A DNA stretch of 64,000 nucleotides from Macrostomum hystrix (Eukaryota > Animalia > Platyhelminthes). Positions 62,301-64,000 of this stretch are shown one piece after another. Under the pieces are notes generated by a model. That model saw only the letters and a program-made list of their open reading frames with translations. It ran no database searches and had not been told where the DNA came from. The position numbers and the translations under genes were made by a program. The stretch's first letter is position 1, and each line of letters opens with the position of its first letter. The stretch is taken from NCBI GenBank assembly GCA_950097015.1, contig CATNEN010000029.1, positions 2,852,001 through 2,916,000 on the forward strand. Direction: 5' to 3'.

Positions 62301-63005
62301 TGGATATCCAGCTACCATCTGCACGACTCCCTGCTGGAGAACATCGAGAGCGAACTGCTCACCGACGAGGAGCGCCAGCAGGCCTGGCGTGAGTACGAAG
62401 AGGAGAAGACGGCCAGGCCAAGGATCAAGCAGCTACAGCAGCAGCAGCAGCAATTAGAGCAGCTCAGCCTTACGGCCATAGCAGTAGAAAACGGTGACAA
62501 CAGCGGCAGCAGCAGCGGTGTCAACAATGGCAGCTCTAATGCTCGCATGCCCTACAAGATAGTGAGCTGTCCGACAAAGCCACCGACCGCTACGCTTGGA
62601 CACAGCGCCAGCGCTGTCAATCTGCTTGGCGCTGCGACCAGCGCGCGACCGACCTCTGCTGCAGCCTCCATGCCCAGAGTGGCCAGCTCGGTTGCTGTAC
62701 TGCAACAGCAGAAGCCGGCCCCAAGCACTGAGGAGCAGCAGCAGCAGCAGCAGCAGCTAGAGCAGTTCAGACAGCTGAGGCACCAGTATCCGCTGCAGTA
62801 TTTCAATATCCGCAGCCAGGTGCTAAGCCAACGCCCGGACTTGAAGGATAAGCCGGCCGACCTGAACCGGCTGGCCTGTACCTACCTATTGGACTGGCTG
62901 CGCAGCCAGCAGGAACAACAGGAGCAGCGCCGGCATGAGAGGCAGCAGCAGCGGCAGCAGCAACAGCAGAAGGCTAGTGAACCCATCACAATTGACGATG
63001 ACTAG
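56316..63005 (+). CDS. ATRX: ATRX/XNP SNF2-family chromatin remodeller, ~1174 aa
   Basis: Exons 56316-56732, 57196-57821, 58342-58480, 58560-58825, 59395-59532, 59717-59852, 59929-60667, 61865-62200, 62278-63005 total 3525 nt in frame. LKPHQ..LAHCMGLGKT, CPLNVALNW, PGPDIVVCDEGH, LTGTPLQNNL, SWNPSHD and HDSLL..LTDEERQQAW are ATRX-type motifs. Further upstream exons are not excluded. Confidence 0.93.
57934..58270 (+). mobile_element. Copy of the TTAA-flanked element family (single arm) in an ATRX intron
   Basis: Starts TTAA|CAGTAGAACTACCAAAA; similar to 31770-32140. Confidence 0.75.
60886..61694. mobile_element. Degenerate hAT MITE related to 36858-37396, with an expanded CT-rich minisatellite
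   Basis: Left end CGGGGGTTGGCAACC; right end CCCGCAGAATATATATTTGTCGAACCCTC resembles CCCGCGGGGTATATAAGGTTGCCGACCCCTG. Flanks CTTTAAGG / CCTTAAAG match 6 of 8. Array at ~60945-61600. Confidence 0.65.
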
Positions 63006-63871
63006 TGAGAGCAAATTCATAGCTCATTGTTTTGCTTCTCCAGGTAAAAAAAAATATTTCTAATGCGCTACTCTTAGCAGCATATATTGTGTTTTTATAC
63101 TGAGCTCTATATGCGAGCGTATGCTTCGCTATTCCGATTGCTCCCAGAGCAAACAGCTTTACTTGTTGCAATGTTTTCTGCATTCAATGTATAGTTTCTC
63201 ATTTATTCTAATATCGTTATTATGGAAACTAATTAGTCTGGCTATTTAATATTGTTCGTAGCCCTGTTCCACTTTGTTAATATCTCTTCTTTCATTGGCT
63301 CAGGATTTCTTTGTGTTGCGTACTGTACTCGATTTATTCATAGTTTTTTCCTATTCGCTAATATAATAGAACAGTAAATAACTATTATTCCTCCGAAGGA
63401 GTAGTTCCGCTTTCCGCTAAACTGTTGCTTACTGCTTAGTCAGACCTAAAGTCCATATAATTGACTACGGTTAGTGTATTATGATTTATGAATGTTTTCA
63501 TTAATGCGTGCTGTAAACCAGTTTTCAATAGAAATGCCAAAACTAAACGTAAAACATATTGTGTTATCATAAACAATGGGCTACGTCAAGTAGAATAGTT
63601 ATGTTATTATTATTTACGTGTTTTATTATATTTACTAGCTGTTTTTGCCCGTTGTTTTTGGGGCAGAAATTTAAAGCAAAGCAGTAAGCAATTCACGTCT
63701 CTGTATTAACTTTATAGTGAAGGTCACCATTTATTTATTTACTGCATTAATGAAAAGTGAAGAGTTTGTTTAAGGGCGTTTTAAGTAAAAAATAAGTGAA
63801 AAGTTTGTCCAAACAGCCCCCTCTTGATTACTTCTTTAGAAACATGTCTCTTAGCCACTCCTCTATACAGT

Positions 63872-64000
63872 CAGTGGCAGATCCAGGAATTTTGTTTTGG
63901 GGCGGTCTGTCAGGGGAGCGCCATGAGAATCACAGAGGGGCCGAAAAAGGGCGCCAGGAGCCAAGAAAGGGCGCCAGGAGCCAAGAAAGGGCGCCAGGAG
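63872..64000 (+). repeat. Start of a repeat element (CAGTGGCAGATCCAGG end) followed by a 20-bp tandem GGGCGCCAGGAGCCAAGAAA
   Basis: Three units visible; truncated by the window edge. Confidence 0.55.

Overview
Eukaryotic (animal) genomic DNA: GC-rich exons, AT-rich introns with GT-AG junctions, and a different minisatellite in most long introns. The style suggests a flatworm such as Macrostomum, but this is inference only. Spliced genes rebuilt by hand with consistent phases: SGPL1 5' part (-), cytochrome c (-), two GT32/DXD glycosyltransferase paralogs (+), SKI2/SKIV2L (-, ~1310 aa), an SPC24-like ORF (-), INTS7 (+, ~963 aa), an orphan Q-rich ORF (-) and ATRX/XNP (+, ~1174 aa, no ADD domain seen). 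Mobile DNA: a very young Mag-like Ty3/gypsy element with identical LTRs and an in-frame deletion of RT thumb/RNase H, a Crypton tyrosine-recombinase remnant, a piggyBac fossil, LINE fragments, two tRNA-derived SINE families, hAT MITEs carrying minisatellites, and an unclassified TTAA-flanked element family. The most notable observations are: (1) two glycosyltransferase paralogs with unrelated-looking N-terminal anchor exons but a ~1.06 kb catalytic tract, introns included, that is almost identical; (2) the recently mobilised RNase H-less retroelement whose Gag start codon overlaps its primer-binding site; (3) MITEs that host intronic minisatellites; (4) the apparently ADD-less ATRX. All coordinates and identities were read by eye; no database searches were run.
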